A stretch of 64,000 bases of DNA from an uncultured cyanobacterium (lineage in GTDB: Bacteria > Cyanobacteriota > Cyanobacteriia > Cyanobacteriales > Nostocaceae), in assembly GCA_963706595.1 (NCBI GenBank), contig OY970166.1, positions 2,368,001 through 2,432,000 of the forward strand, in the 5' to 3' direction. A program made the position numbers and the translations under genes. Shown piece by piece: positions 40,791-51,982 of this stretch. The notes beneath the pieces were generated by a model, which did not search any database, had not been told where the DNA came from, and worked only from the letters and a program-made list of their open reading frames with translations. How positions within the stretch are numbered: the stretch's first letter is position 1; each line of letters starts with the position of its first letter.

Positions 40791-42578
40791 ATGCGAACTC
40801 ACTATTGCGGCGAACTCCGAAAAGAAGATATTGGAGAAACTGTTACCTTATACGGTTGGGTAGACCGTCGCCGCGATCATGGGGGGGTGATATTCTTAGA
40901 TTTGCGCGATCGCTCAGGCATTGTTCAAATTGTCAGTGATCCGCAACGCACCCCAAATTCCTACGAACAGGCTAACAACCTGCGGAATGAATACGTTGTG
41001 GAAATCATCGGTAGAGTCACGCACCGTCCCGACGAATCTTTGAATCCCCGCCTCCCCACGGGCGAAGTTGAAATCTACGCCGACAAAATTAGACTGCTTA
41101 ACGGCGTTAGTAAACAGTTACCATTCCAAGTTTCCACTGCTGACACCGAAACTGTACGGGAAGACTTGCGGCTAAAGTATCGTTATTTAGATTTGCGACG
41201 AGAACGCATGGCGCAGAATATGCAATTGCGTCACCAAGTCGTCAAAGCCATGCGTCGGTTCTTAGAAGATTTGGAAGGTTTTATTGAAATCGAAACCCCA
41301 ATTCTTACCCGTTCTACACCAGAAGGTGCTAGAGATTATATCTTACCCAGTCGGGCAAATCCTGGTGAGTGGTTTGCTTTGCCGCAATCACCCCAGCTAT
41401 TCAAACAGATACTCATGGTATCGGGCATGGATAGATATTATCAACTTGCCCGTTGCTTCCGTGATGAAGATTTACGCGCTGACAGACAACCAGAATTTAC
41501 TCAGTTGGACATGGAAATGAGTTTCATGTCCCAAGAAGAAATTATCGCCCTGAATGAAAAGTTAGTGGCTCATATCTTTAAAACAGTTAAAGGTATCGAG
41601 TTAAATTTACCATTCCCCCGGCTGACCTACGCCGATGCGATGTCACGCTATGGTAGTGATAAACCAGATACCCGCTATGACTTAGAATTAGTCAATGTTG
41701 CCGATGTTTTGCAAGACTCTGGGTTTAAAGTTTTTCGGGATGCGATCGCTCATGGTGGTACTGTTAAAATTCTGCCCATTCCCAACGGTAACGATGCCAT
41801 TTCTAATGTCCGCATTAAACCAGGCGGTGACTTATTCAAGGAAGCCAGCGAAGCGGGTGCAAGAGGTTTAGCTTTCATCCGCGTGCGAGAAAATGGTGAA
41901 ATTGACACCATTGGCGCAATTAAAGACAACCTCAGCGCAGAGCAAAAACAGGAAATCTTACAACGTACAGGCGCAAAACCAGGACATTTGCTATTATTTG
42001 GGGCTGGTGACACAGCTACAGTTAATAAAACTTTAGACAGATTGCGGCAAGTTGTGGCTAGGGAATTTAAATTAATTAATCCCGAAAAAACCAACTTACT
42101 CTGGATTACAGATTTCCCGATGTTTGAGTGGAATGCTGACGAAAAACGCCTAGAAGCACTGCACCACCCCTTTACTGCACCGCATCCTGAAGATGTCAGT
42201 GATTTAAAAACTGCACGCGCCCAAGCTTACGATTTGGTGTTAAACGGTTTAGAAATTGGTGGCGGAAGTCTGCGGATTTATCAAGGAGATATTCAACAGC
42301 AGGTGTTTGAAGCCATTGGCTTGTCTCCTGAAGAAGCACAGAATAAATTTGGCTTTCTCTTAGATGCCTTTGAATATGGTACACCGCCCCATGGTGGCAT
42401 TGCCTATGGTTTGGACCGTTTGGTAATGTTGCTAGCTGGGGAAGAATCGATTCGGGATGTGATTGCTTTTCCCAAAACACAACAAGCCCGTTGTTTGCTC
42501 ACAGATGCACCTTCAGGGGTAGATGTCAAGCAATTGAAAGACTTACACGTTGCTTCGACTTACAAGCCCAAATCTTAA
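40791..42578 (+). CDS. aspS: Aspartate--tRNA ligase
   Basis: [54 protein letters not shown]. Confidence 0.97.
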   Translation: MRTHYCGELRKEDIGETVTLYGWVDRRRDHGGVIFLDLRDRSGIVQIVSDPQRTPNSYEQANNLRNEYVVEIIGRVTHRPDESLNPRLPTGEVEIYADKIRLLNGVSKQLPFQVSTADTETVREDLRLKYRYLDLRRERMAQNMQLRHQVVKAMRRFLEDLEGFIEIETPILTRSTPEGARDYILPSRANPGEWFALPQSPQLFKQILMVSGMDRYYQLARCFRDEDLRADRQPEFTQLDMEMSFMSQEEIIALNEKLVAHIFKTVKGIELNLPFPRLTYADAMSRYGSDKPDTRYDLELVNVADVLQDSGFKVFRDAIAHGGTVKILPIPNGNDAISNVRIKPGGDLFKEASEAGARGLAFIRVRENGEIDTIGAIKDNLSAEQKQEILQRTGAKPGHLLLFGAGDTATVNKTLDRLRQVVAREFKLINPEKTNLLWITDFPMFEWNADEKRLEALHHPFTAPHPEDVSDLKTARAQAYDLVLNGLEIGGGSLRIYQGDIQQQVFEAIGLSPEEAQNKFGFLLDAFEYGTPPHGGIAYGLDRLVMLLAGEESIRDVIAFPKTQQARCLLTDAPSGVDVKQLKDLHVASTYKPKS

Positions 42579-42587
42579 CAATGTGAA

Positions 42588-42616
42588 TGTAGAGACGTTG
42601 CATGCAACGTCTCTAC
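42588..42616. repeat. Perfect-arm palindrome tgtagagacgttgcatgcaacgtctctaca, possibly also a terminator
   Basis: Lies between convergent aspS and the SLH gene. Confidence 0.7.
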
Positions 42617-42676
42617 ACAGGTGATGTCAGACGCATATTTGAATTTGGTTGATGTCTAATTGGTGAACTCTTGTAT

Positions 42677-43492
42677 TTATCGTGCAGCTTGGTTAACTTC
42701 CGGGCGCACAATATAGTTATAAGCTTCTACATTACTAGGCAGAGGTTCAATTCTGTCTTGAGCAACCAAAGTTTGGTGGATAAAAGCCGCCGCAGTTGCA
42801 CGTCTGAGAGGTTCGTTAGGTTCAAGCACTCTGGGATTAGGATGATTAACCACCAGATTTTGTTGTGTTGCTATGCCTATGTCATTAATAGCATAGGCAG
42901 GAATTTGTTGGGCATCAGTATAATAATCTTTTGCCAGTGCTGCTACAGGGGTAGTTGGCGCAGGTGCTGCTGCTACTAAAGGCTGCATTAAAGAAGTCAT
43001 TGCTAGTGGCAAATATACAGTCCTTTTCACCACTCGCCGAGTTTCTGGTGCTAAATTCAAGCCTCTAGTTAAGGTAACTAAGGCATCTACTCTAGAAACT
43101 GGCTGATTTGGACCAAACAAACCACCAGGATAACCACTCATAAATCCTTGTTGATAGGCTGACTCAATGGCCGGAGATGCCCAATATCCTTGAGGAACAT
43201 CGGCAAAAGCGCTAGCATCTTCTATTCGCCGTACTGGTTCTTGATCAAATGCTTGACGAAGCATGGCTGCAAATTCATCACGTTGTACAGCCTGTTCGGG
43301 TCGAAATGTGCCATCTGGATATCCCACAATAATATCTCTTGCGGCTAAACGCTCAATAAATGGTTTCGCCCAATAATCAGGGGGAACATCAGGAAAAGTA
43401 TTCTGTGATAAAGCTGGAGAAGTTAGACTTGCTGCTAGCCCTAGAGTTACCAAAGATGTACCTAATACAGATAAACGAGATAAGCTAGACAT
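42677..43492 (-). CDS. S-layer homology (SLH) domain protein
   Basis: Signal peptide; FPDVPPDYWA...GYPDGTFRP...RDEFA and two further SLH-like repeats. Confidence 0.9.
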   Translation of the reverse strand: MSSLSRLSVLGTSLVTLGLAASLTSPALSQNTFPDVPPDYWAKPFIERLAARDIIVGYPDGTFRPEQAVQRDEFAAMLRQAFDQEPVRRIEDASAFADVPQGYWASPAIESAYQQGFMSGYPGGLFGPNQPVSRVDALVTLTRGLNLAPETRRVVKRTVYLPLAMTSLMQPLVAAAPAPTTPVAALAKDYYTDAQQIPAYAINDIGIATQQNLVVNHPNPRVLEPNEPLRRATAAAFIHQTLVAQDRIEPLPSNVEAYNYIVRPEVNQAAR

Positions 43493-43964
43493 CCAAACAT
43501 ACCTCCATTAATTTAACTTAAATTCTTTATTTTTAAGCTTATTTATATATAATATTTTTTTAGGTTTAAATATTTATCTATCTGCCGATTCAAACAATTG
43601 TATCTAAAGTTATAAGTCAATATGCTTCATGCTTCGCAATCAGGATGATTAATCGGCAATAAACGCTGACAAAGGCTGATAAATCCAGGTTTTCTTGAAG
43701 TCTTGGCAGTGTTTTTTCCAGCTAATCGATTCCTGATTTAACCATCTTGAGTTATAAGTCAGACGTGCAGAATTATAATTAAGCTAATAAATAGATTTAT
43801 TCTATTTATTAATCGGAAAAAATATTTGTGGTTGAGGATTTTATGCAAGCGGTCTATCTACTATAAGTAGTAGATACCGAATTAACTAAATTCAATCGCT
43901 AGAAAGAAGTGGCGGCACAACATATCTTTTATGATCGGAGATGTAGCGTTGGGCAAATGTTTAT

Positions 43965-44894
43965 ATGGTTCTTTATAAGCTTCAAGATTTCGATGCTGAC
44001 TATAGAAATACTGATTTTGATAATTATGAAATCAGAGACTTTGATGTTTACTCAGACATCAATGATGAAAAAGTTGGCACAGTCAAAGATATTTTAGTGG
44101 ACGATACCGGACGTTTTCGTTACTTGGTTGTAGATACAGGCTTTTGGATTTTTGGTAAGCAAGTATTATTACCAGTTGGGCGTTCCCGCATTAGCTATGC
44201 TGACCAACGAGTTTACGCTACAGGACTTACCCAAGAACAGGTGGAAAGCTTACCTGAGTTTAACGACCTGGAACGAGTGGATTACGATTATGAAGAACGG
44301 GTACGCGGAGTTTATCGGACTCCGTTTGCAGAAACACCTTTAGAAACTTCTACACCTGTAGAGGCTACAGCACCTTTAGATACTCCATCAGCTTATTCCG
44401 AGACTACAGCCAGAGCCACTACACCTGCACCCAGGACTACTTATGATCGTGATACCTATACTTACGACCGGGAGCCGGATTTGTATAATACCAGCGATCG
44501 CAATCATCAAAACCTGAAACTTTACGAAGAACGGTTAATTGCTCATAAAACTCGCGCTAAAACAGGTGAGGTATCTGTTGGTAAGCACGTTGAAACTGAT
44601 AGAGCAAATGTTTCTGTACCAATTGAAAAAGAGCGTGTAGTGATTGAACGCACTACGCCCACTGATGCTGGAAGAACTGCTTCCCCTGGTGAAGTGAATT
44701 TCCGTGAGGGTGAAGTTGCACGTATGGATGTTTACGAAGAGACTCCTGATATTCGTAAGGAAGCTGTGGTGCGCGAAGAAGTAAAAGTGAAGAAGGTTGT
44801 AGAAACGGATACGGTTGAGGCTCAAGAAACCCTGCGTCGAGAAGAATTAGACATTAATAAAGATAGCGATCGCTCACGGAAAAGAAGTCGGTAA
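43965..44894 (+). CDS. PRC-barrel plus DUF2382 (YsnF/AvaK-like) protein
   Basis: KVGTVKDILVD...RYLVVDTGFW; LYEERL...GEVSVGKHVET...LRREELD. Confidence 0.85.
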   Translation: MVLYKLQDFDADYRNTDFDNYEIRDFDVYSDINDEKVGTVKDILVDDTGRFRYLVVDTGFWIFGKQVLLPVGRSRISYADQRVYATGLTQEQVESLPEFNDLERVDYDYEERVRGVYRTPFAETPLETSTPVEATAPLDTPSAYSETTARATTPAPRTTYDRDTYTYDREPDLYNTSDRNHQNLKLYEERLIAHKTRAKTGEVSVGKHVETDRANVSVPIEKERVVIERTTPTDAGRTASPGEVNFREGEVARMDVYEETPDIRKEAVVREEVKVKKVVETDTVEAQETLRREELDINKDSDRSRKRSR

Positions 44895-45451
44895 AATTCC
44901 GTTGGCAAGGGCTTGAGTGCATGAGGGTTGTTGGGGTGCGATCGCAGGTGGCTTTTCCACTCACCCCAAATCACCCAGTAGAGCCAAATAACTAGCGATC
45001 ACCTTGCCAAATCAATTTTATTGCTTCTAGGACTTACGCATTGACAATAAATAATAAATATGTGTGGCGCTAAAAAGCACATATTTCGTAGGGGTTTAGC
45101 ATTGCTAAACCCCTACCACGCGAGTATATTTAGTATCAAGATTTGTATAAAATTACTTACTTTGTATACTGGCTCATAGTTATAAACAATATAATTGTCT
45201 TTGATGATTATGAAGCTTGAACCGTTTCTATCTGCTGCTCTTGAAACTGAGCCAGATGAGGATATTGCTTCTGAAGTTCAATGTAATAATTGACCAATTT
45301 CTTGGGGTCGTGTTCATACTCTTCAGAAATTGTGTGGCGAATTTTTCGTATTTGGCTAATTGCCTCATCCTGCTTCATTATTTTGCGCTCCTATTACCTC
45401 TAATGGAGTGACTAGCATGGGGACGTACAACCCTAGCATAACGTTTACCCC

Positions 45452-45679
45452 TCAAAACTCAAGCAACGAGATAAATTCCTCAACGCTTAGTCCAGCATCT
45501 CGAATAATCGCCCGCAGTGTGCCTTTAGCTAACTCTTGGTGATCTGGAACAACAACTTGATTAAACGGCTTATCCCTTCGCATAATAATATGACTGCTCT
45601 CTCTACGTTTTTGATAGAAACCAATTTTTTCTAGCACCTTGATACAGTCTTTTCCCGAAATACTGGGTAACTTGCTCAC
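45452..45679 (-). CDS. hicA: HicA-family toxin
   Basis: LEKIGF..RRESSHIIM..VVVPDH.EL.KGTL.AI; 4-bp overlap with hicB. Confidence 0.85.
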   Translation of the reverse strand: MSKLPSISGKDCIKVLEKIGFYQKRRESSHIIMRRDKPFNQVVVPDHQELAKGTLRAIIRDAGLSVEEFISLLEF

Positions 45680-45894
45680 ACCACCACCAGGAATGTTTCA
45701 AACTTGTCTTCAGGCACAGATAAGCCATCTTCCTCTAAAGCAGTCACGTAGCCTATAATAGCTTCCTTGATATTGGATAAAGCCTCTTCTTTCGTTTTTC
45801 CTTGACTAATACATCCCTTTAAACTTGGACACTCTACAATCCAATAACCATCTTCATCCTTGTATAAAATTACTTGCCTTGTATGGTGGCTCAT
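45676..45894 (-). CDS. hicB: HicB-family antitoxin (short form)
   Basis: CPSLKGCISQGKTKEEALSNIKEAI. Confidence 0.87.
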   Translation of the reverse strand: MSHHTRQVILYKDEDGYWIVECPSLKGCISQGKTKEEALSNIKEAIIGYVTALEEDGLSVPEDKFETFLVVV

Positions 45895-45905
45895 ATTCCT
45901 ACTCC

Positions 45906-46484
45906 TTAAGTGGTCTGTATACTTTCAGCTTCATTCCCCTCATCCATGATTCTATAGAACGTCAGCGCAGTATTACCGTAAACCTTTTGGCGGCAAATTT
46001 CCCAAGTGGGTATGACTGGCGGTTTCCAACTGTGGGGATTGTGTTCTACGGCGATTTCACCGTGGATAGCTAACAAATCATGATGTGCGATCGCCTCTAA
46101 CACTGGCTGATATAATCCACTAGCATAAGGCGGATCAAAGTAAATCCTCTCAAACTGCTTTCCTGATAACTTTTTTAATTGCTGCATGACATCTCCTCGC
46201 AAGAGTTGCCATTTTTGCTCACCATGCGCCACCTGTTGCCAATTCTCTTGAATAATGGCACTAGCTTGGCTTGATTTTTCAATTCCTACTACTAAACTGG
46301 CTCCTCTACACAAAGCCTCTGCACCCATTGAACCAGTGCCGGTACACACATCTAGCCAGGAACAATCCACAATTGTTCCCTGCCAAATATTGAACACTGC
46401 TTCCCTTACCCGCGCACTGGTGGGTCTGGTAGCTTGCCCTGGTAAAGTTTTAATTTGGCGATTCCCGTAAATTCTCAGTGTCAT
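45906..46484 (-). CDS. rsmD: 16S rRNA m2G966 methyltransferase
   Basis: TRPTSARVREAVFN, GTGSMGAEALCRGA, FDPPY, YGNTAL. Confidence 0.92.
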   Translation of the reverse strand: MTLRIYGNRQIKTLPGQATRPTSARVREAVFNIWQGTIVDCSWLDVCTGTGSMGAEALCRGASLVVGIEKSSQASAIIQENWQQVAHGEQKWQLLRGDVMQQLKKLSGKQFERIYFDPPYASGLYQPVLEAIAHHDLLAIHGEIAVEHNPHSWKPPVIPTWEICRQKVYGNTALTFYRIMDEGNEAESIQTT

Positions 46485-46531
46485 TGGTCGCTAGTCATTG
46501 GTCATTAGTCATTGGTCATTAGTCATTAGTC
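46480..46531. repeat. STRR heptamer tandem (gtcatt(a/g))n
   Basis: About 7 units; complementary (ccaatga)6 at 53649-53690. Confidence 0.8.
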
Positions 46532-46592
46532 AGGGAAAAAACCACGACAAAGGACAAACAACAAACGACAAAATCTCAAGTTCAAAGTTGGA

Positions 46593-47228
46593 TTATGCAG
46601 CAATTTTTTCGCGGACTTGGGCAACAAAATTAGATAAGATTTGCAACCCGATGTTAGAAGATTTTTCTGGGTGGAACTGTACGGCGGTCAAGTTTTCACG
46701 CGCGATCGCAGCTGTGATAGTTTGAGAACCGTGGGTAACAGTTGCGGCTCGCACTTCAGGATCTGTTGGGTCAACATAGTAAGAATGTACAAAATATACC
46801 CAAGGTTCAGCCGGCAAATGCTCCCACAAAATGCTTTTTTGTTGCGTGAACTCTAGTTGATTCCATCCCATGTGGGGAATAGTAATGCCTGCTTCTGGTC
46901 GGAATCGGCGCACTTTTCCGGGGACAATTCCTAGCCCTGGTTGAGTTCCTTCGGCACTGGATTCAAACAAAATTTGCAATCCCAAACAGATGCCCAAGAA
47001 GGGTTTCCCCGATGCGATTGTATCTTTAATGGGTTGTTCTAAACCACGCGATCGCAGGTGTTGGACTGCGGGATCAAATGCTCCCACTCCTGGCAATACT
47101 ACCGCATCTGCCATCTCTAAATCCTTAGCAGAATGAGTAATGTGAGGAGTTGCTCCAGCTTTTTCTAAACCTTTGCAAACTGAGTGCAAATTTCCCATAT
47201 CGTAATCTACGACTGCAATGATTGGCAT
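46593..47228 (-). CDS. hisH: Imidazole glycerol phosphate synthase glutaminase subunit
   Basis: DYDMGNL, PGVGAF, GICLGLQ, PHMGWN, YFVHSY, QFHPEKS. Confidence 0.96.
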   Translation of the reverse strand: MPIIAVVDYDMGNLHSVCKGLEKAGATPHITHSAKDLEMADAVVLPGVGAFDPAVQHLRSRGLEQPIKDTIASGKPFLGICLGLQILFESSAEGTQPGLGIVPGKVRRFRPEAGITIPHMGWNQLEFTQQKSILWEHLPAEPWVYFVHSYYVDPTDPEVRAATVTHGSQTITAAIARENLTAVQFHPEKSSNIGLQILSNFVAQVREKIAA

Positions 47229-47286
47229 TGACCGGCTCCTTGTAAGTTTATTATGGAGGGTGTTTCTATTCTAAATAATATTTCCT

Positions 47287-47799
47287 ATGGCGAAAAGAAT
47301 ACTATTAACTTCTTTTGAAGTTTGGTTGAGCGATCAACTCTCAAATTCTTCTGATGATTTATTAGCGGAAGTGATTAAAGATGACTCGCTCCCTCATGAT
47401 TTAAAATTTTTGCGGCGTTTACCTGTGGATATCCATCTGGCTAGTTCACAGGTAATTCAAAAAATCTCTGAACTGCAACCTGATGATATTATTTGTTGTG
47501 GCATGGCTGCTAGCAGGACAAAACTTAGTCTGGAAGCGGTTGCTAGCTTCGAGTCAACTGTTTTGCCTACAACTGTTAATTTGGAAAAATTAGTATCAGG
47601 TGCAACAGCAATTGAGATTAGCCACGACTGCGGTAAATTTGTTTGTGAAGGCTTGTACTATGCAGTTTTAAATTACTTATACCAAAATCAATCCGCAGCA
47701 CGTTGTATTTTTGTCCATGTTCCAGTGTTAAATTCTGAAAATTTGCCCGTCGTTTTGGCTGATTTCTTATTAATTATTAACAATCTGGCACTTTCATAA
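47287..47799 (+). CDS. Pyroglutamyl-peptidase I (C15) family
   Basis: ILLTSF, SHDCGKFVCE, FVHVP. Confidence 0.85.
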   Translation: MAKRILLTSFEVWLSDQLSNSSDDLLAEVIKDDSLPHDLKFLRRLPVDIHLASSQVIQKISELQPDDIICCGMAASRTKLSLEAVASFESTVLPTTVNLEKLVSGATAIEISHDCGKFVCEGLYYAVLNYLYQNQSAARCIFVHVPVLNSENLPVVLADFLLIINNLALS

Positions 47800-47828
47800 A
47801 GTCGTCTGCGTCTGTTAGGTCAAGCCAT

Positions 47829-49199
47829 TTGCTCAGTATTATGTTGTCATTTTTACTAAATTTAACCCTCGCCCAATCAGCACCTGCTACGCCACCCCCG
47901 GAAGAAGTGGTAAAATCTCAAGAAGTTCGCCCTTTACCGGGACAACTGGATACTGTGCCTGTATTTAATAGCAATAGTCCAGAATTGGTCTTAAAAGAAG
48001 GAATTTTACTCTCTACTTTTCCCGCAAATGGCAAAACAGTCTCAGAGGCGCATTTGAATTATCCGTTTAACGGGCGATTTGATGTTTTTGCCCATCACAT
48101 TGCTAGGGCTGAACCACCGGAGGATTTAAGGTCGCTGCATCTAGGAATCATGCTGCATAATCCTGGCACGAAACCAGTAACGGTGAATATATTGCAAGCA
48201 GCAAGTTATTTAAGTCAACCAGATGCACCTTTTATTCAGTTACCAGCCAACAGTCAAAATATTTTAGGTAATATTTTTGCAGGGCCAGGCGATCGCGCTG
48301 TGTCTGATGTTTTAAGGGGAAGGCGACAAGAAAGTTTTCCCGCCCAAATAGTCATTCCCCCAGGGCAGAATCAGATGTTATTAAATCTGCCGATTCCTGT
48401 CAAAGAATTGACACCACCTTTAAATGGTCGCTCTACATTAATGCGGTTGCAGAGTAATGGTACTGTTTATGCCGCCAGTATGGCTTTATTTGCCCGTCAG
48501 AATGCCGATGGTAGTGAACGCGCCCCGACTTTAGCAGAATGGGAAAATTTACTCAAGACTGGTGAATTGTCCACTCCACGGGATAGAGTTCCCACACCTT
48601 TAGAAGCAACTAATCAAGGGAGAATTTATGGACGTGTCGCCGGAGTTGCTCAAGGTTCTCAGTGGAAATCCTTGGTTGTGGATAATCCCGCAGCCAGATA
48701 TTTAACAATTCCCCAAGCTGGTCAAGGCTTTTCTTATCCTTTAAGTAGTCTGCATGGTGGCACTTTAGGCACAAATCAAATTCAGACTGCACCCATGCTG
48801 GTACGTTATCCTGATACCGCTTATATGGCTCATGGCAACTATGGTATTGAATATAGTTTACAGTTGCCCTTACATAATAATACTGATAAAGCTCAAAGGG
48901 TGAGTGTATCTGTGCAAACGCCAATTAAAGAAGATAATTTGGTAAAACAAGGATTACGCTTTTTTACGAACACAGCACCGCAAGTATTTTTCCGGGGGTC
49001 AGTGCGGGTACGTTACAGAGATGACCGAGGTCAGGCCAAAACTCAGTTTACTCATTTAGTCCAACGGCGAGGTCAACAGGGAGAACCCTTAGTTTTATTA
49101 AATATGCCACCAGGCGATCGCAGATTAGTAGAAGTAGACTTTATCTATCCCCCAGATGCGACACCACCGCAGGTATTAACTGTATCAACTCAAGAGTAA
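47829..49199 (+). CDS. Cyanobacterial exported protein, DUF3370-like
   Basis: VRPLPGQLD.VPVFNSNSPE, AHGNYG, YPPDATPPQVLT. Confidence 0.75.
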   Translation: MLSIMLSFLLNLTLAQSAPATPPPEEVVKSQEVRPLPGQLDTVPVFNSNSPELVLKEGILLSTFPANGKTVSEAHLNYPFNGRFDVFAHHIARAEPPEDLRSLHLGIMLHNPGTKPVTVNILQAASYLSQPDAPFIQLPANSQNILGNIFAGPGDRAVSDVLRGRRQESFPAQIVIPPGQNQMLLNLPIPVKELTPPLNGRSTLMRLQSNGTVYAASMALFARQNADGSERAPTLAEWENLLKTGELSTPRDRVPTPLEATNQGRIYGRVAGVAQGSQWKSLVVDNPAARYLTIPQAGQGFSYPLSSLHGGTLGTNQIQTAPMLVRYPDTAYMAHGNYGIEYSLQLPLHNNTDKAQRVSVSVQTPIKEDNLVKQGLRFFTNTAPQVFFRGSVRVRYRDDRGQAKTQFTHLVQRRGQQGEPLVLLNMPPGDRRLVEVDFIYPPDATPPQVLTVSTQE

Positions 49200-49221
49200 A
49201 TATACAGATTTAGTAAAAACG

Positions 49222-49247
49222 CCCACAGCCTGATAAACTGTGGGTTT
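49222..49247. terminator. Putative terminator between convergent genes
   Basis: cccacag/ctgtggg stem flanked by A and T runs. Confidence 0.5.
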
Positions 49248-49293
49248 AACTACATCCATGACTTGGTTTTATTTTGCAGTCAAGTCCAAATTA

Positions 49294-49539
49294 TTACAAA
49301 TTCTCTAAAAGCTCTTCTACTGAAATATCCGCTTGATTTAAAATACTTTTGAGCGTTCCCACTGCTAGAGTTTTCTTATGTAATGGGACAACACAAACTA
49401 TTTCCGCGAAATTCTCATTTTCATCAACTAATTGCTTTTTTAAGATGACATGACTTCCTCGTTGTCTTGTTTGGACAAATCCTAAGCGTTCCAATGCACG
49501 AATCACTTCCGCCGCAGGTACTCGTGGTAGCTTAGGCAC
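49294..49539 (-). CDS. hicA: HicA-family toxin
   Basis: LERLGF..RQRGSHVIL..VVPLH..LAVGTLKSIL. Confidence 0.87.
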   Translation of the reverse strand: MPKLPRVPAAEVIRALERLGFVQTRQRGSHVILKKQLVDENENFAEIVCVVPLHKKTLAVGTLKSILNQADISVEELLENL

Positions 49540-49744
49540 TTATCACCTCAAATGTAGTTAATAAACGCGGATTTGTTTGAGGAAGGGAAACTTCTTCTAG
49601 GTAAAGTTCAGTGGCTTCTTTGAGATTAGCAAGAGCCTCTTCTATGGTTTCCCCTTGGCTAGCTGTTCCTACTTCTGGACATTCAGCTACATAAACATCT
49701 TCTTCCCAATACACAATTGCCGTAAATGTGCGATTCATAATCAA
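49532..49744 (-). CDS. hicB: HicB-family antitoxin (short form)
   Basis: CPEVGTASQGETIEEALANLKEA; overlaps hicA. Confidence 0.87.
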   Translation of the reverse strand: MIMNRTFTAIVYWEEDVYVAECPEVGTASQGETIEEALANLKEATELYLEEVSLPQTNPRLLTTFEVISA

Positions 49745-49924
49745 ATTTTATGGCGCGATAATCGCCCCAGGATGATCAACTCCATAATAGCAGCCACTTT
49801 CTCTATATTTGATTTATCAATTGCAGAGTTAATGAAAATAGTGGAATAGTCCACAATAATCCAACTTTATTCCTGAATATGGTAATATCCCAAAGGATTT
49901 TATTTTGATTAATGCAGGAAAAGG

Positions 49925-50791
49925 ATGGAAGGAAGTTTTCTCACGGCTGTTTTTTTGCCCTTGGCTCTATTTATAATCATGCTAGGCATGGGGTTATCCT
50001 TGACCCTAGACGACTATAAGGGAGTTTTAATATATCCCAAAGCGGTGGTGATTGGCTTGGTGTCGCAGTTAGTCATGTTACCAATTGTGGGCTTTGGCAT
50101 TGCGTCGATGTTTCCCCTCAACCCAGAATTAGCAGTAGGCGTGATGATTTTAGTCGCCTGTCCTGGTGGCGCAACTTCTAACATGATTACGTTTTTAGCT
50201 GAGGGAGATGTTGCTCTTTCTGTCACCCTCACAGCTATCAGCAGTTTAATTACAGTTTTTACCATTCCTCTGGTTGTCAATTTTGCCATGCAGACATTTT
50301 TGGGCGCAGGGACAACACTACAGTTACCTGTCTTAAATACAGTTGTGCAGATTGCGGTGATGACGCTTCTACCTTTAGCAATTGGAATGGTAGTTAATGG
50401 ATATGCTCCCGGAATAGCAGCAAAGGCAAATAAACCGATAAAGTGGCTATCTCTCTTTTTCCTGTCCGTGGTGATTACTGGGATAGTATTTCAAGAACGA
50501 GATAATTTTCTGCCTTCTGTGATGGCTGTGGGCTGGGTAACTCTGGTTTTAAATATGGCGACAATGACATTAGGTTTTGCGATCGCCACTTTAGCAAAAT
50601 TAGGAGAAAAACGCGCTAGGGCAATTACAGTAGAAGTAGGTATTCAAAATGGCACTCTAGCGATCGCGATCGCATCTTCCCCGACACTGCTAAATAATCC
50701 TACAATGGCTGTTCCCGCAGCTATTTATAGTCTGCTCATGTTTGTGACTGGAATTGGATTTGCATTTTTTGTCTCACGCATTCGCCGTTAG
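49925..50791 (+). CDS. Bile acid:sodium symporter family transporter
   Basis: MLGMGLSL, CPGGATSN, EVGIQNG. Confidence 0.9.
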   Translation: MEGSFLTAVFLPLALFIIMLGMGLSLTLDDYKGVLIYPKAVVIGLVSQLVMLPIVGFGIASMFPLNPELAVGVMILVACPGGATSNMITFLAEGDVALSVTLTAISSLITVFTIPLVVNFAMQTFLGAGTTLQLPVLNTVVQIAVMTLLPLAIGMVVNGYAPGIAAKANKPIKWLSLFFLSVVITGIVFQERDNFLPSVMAVGWVTLVLNMATMTLGFAIATLAKLGEKRARAITVEVGIQNGTLAIAIASSPTLLNNPTMAVPAAIYSLLMFVTGIGFAFFVSRIRR

Positions 50792-50874
50792 GCGTTCCCG
50801 CAGGGTAGGCGCAAAGGAATAAAGAATAATACAAGGAGTTGTAGGGAAGCAGCGCTCGATCAAAGGAAAATAAT

Positions 50875-51834
50875 ATGTCTTGGATAGAATTAAGTCTGGA
50901 TACAACCCATGAGGCTGTTGATTGGGTTTGTACTTTACTAGCTGAAACTATTGATATTAATGATATTTATATTACCGAATATGCAGAATCCAGTTCGGCT
51001 AATTCCGATTGGACATTTACGATGCGGTTATATTTACCCTACGATGTCAGCGCGCGGACAGGTATAGAAAAAATTGCCAGTCTGCTTTCGCCTTTGCATC
51101 GAACTGGAATGACAACAGCAATTCAGACAAATATTGTTGAAAATAAAATCGCAGATGCGCCGAAACCACTTGTGCATCCCATTGGGGAAAGATTTATTAT
51201 AGTCAATTCTGATACACCTGCTCAATCTGAAATAGCAGATAAAATTACTTTAAAACTCAAAAAAACTCTCGCCTTTGGTAGTGGGTTACATCCAGCCACC
51301 ATTGTCAGCCTTCGACTGCTGGAACGCTACATAACCCCTGAAATGCAGGTGCTGGACTTTGGCTCAGGTTCGGGGATTTTAAGTGTAGCGATCGCGAAGC
51401 TAGGGGCGAATGTCTTAGCTTTAGATAATGATAGTGTTGCTGTAGCCGCAACTCAGGAAACTGTATCTTTGAACAATGTCGAGTCGCAAGTACAGGTGAT
51501 CCAAGGTAGCCTGGGATGTGGCAGTGAACTGGGGCATTGGATGGGTGGAAACACTGTTAATCATGTGTCGAAAGTTGAAGCAAAAGCCACCTTTGATTTA
51601 ATTGTTGCCAATATATTTGCACGGGTGCATATTGCCCTCGCTGATGATTTTCGGGAAGCCTTGCGTCAAAATCAAGCACAACCGGGGCTATTAATTACAG
51701 CCGGATTCACCACAGATCATGAAGAAAGTGTCACCACCGCCTTGACAGAAGCTGGATTTGAGGTGATTGATTGTGAAAGATTCAACGAATGGGTAGCACT
51801 CGCGCATCGAGTATGTAATATTACGTCCGCCTAA
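50875..51834 (+). CDS. PrmA-like (ribosomal protein L11) methyltransferase
   Basis: MSWIEL, AFGSGLHPAT, VLDFGSGSGILS, FDLIVANI. Confidence 0.8.
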   Translation: MSWIELSLDTTHEAVDWVCTLLAETIDINDIYITEYAESSSANSDWTFTMRLYLPYDVSARTGIEKIASLLSPLHRTGMTTAIQTNIVENKIADAPKPLVHPIGERFIIVNSDTPAQSEIADKITLKLKKTLAFGSGLHPATIVSLRLLERYITPEMQVLDFGSGSGILSVAIAKLGANVLALDNDSVAVAATQETVSLNNVESQVQVIQGSLGCGSELGHWMGGNTVNHVSKVEAKATFDLIVANIFARVHIALADDFREALRQNQAQPGLLITAGFTTDHEESVTTALTEAGFEVIDCERFNEWVALAHRVCNITSA

Positions 51835-51982
51835 TTAGTTATCATTCTGTGCATCTGTAGAAAAACTGCAAAATTCTCTTTCCCCCTGCGCCCTGCTCCC
51901 CTGCGGCCTTCCCTTTCACCTTACTGATATAAGTAGGTATTTCTTGGAGACGTTCGGGCGGAACGTCTCTACTTAGGGAACC

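Noticed and set aside
45204..45450. Short plus-strand ORFs or gene remnant downstream of hicA
   Set aside because: Interrupted by stops and no recognisable motif
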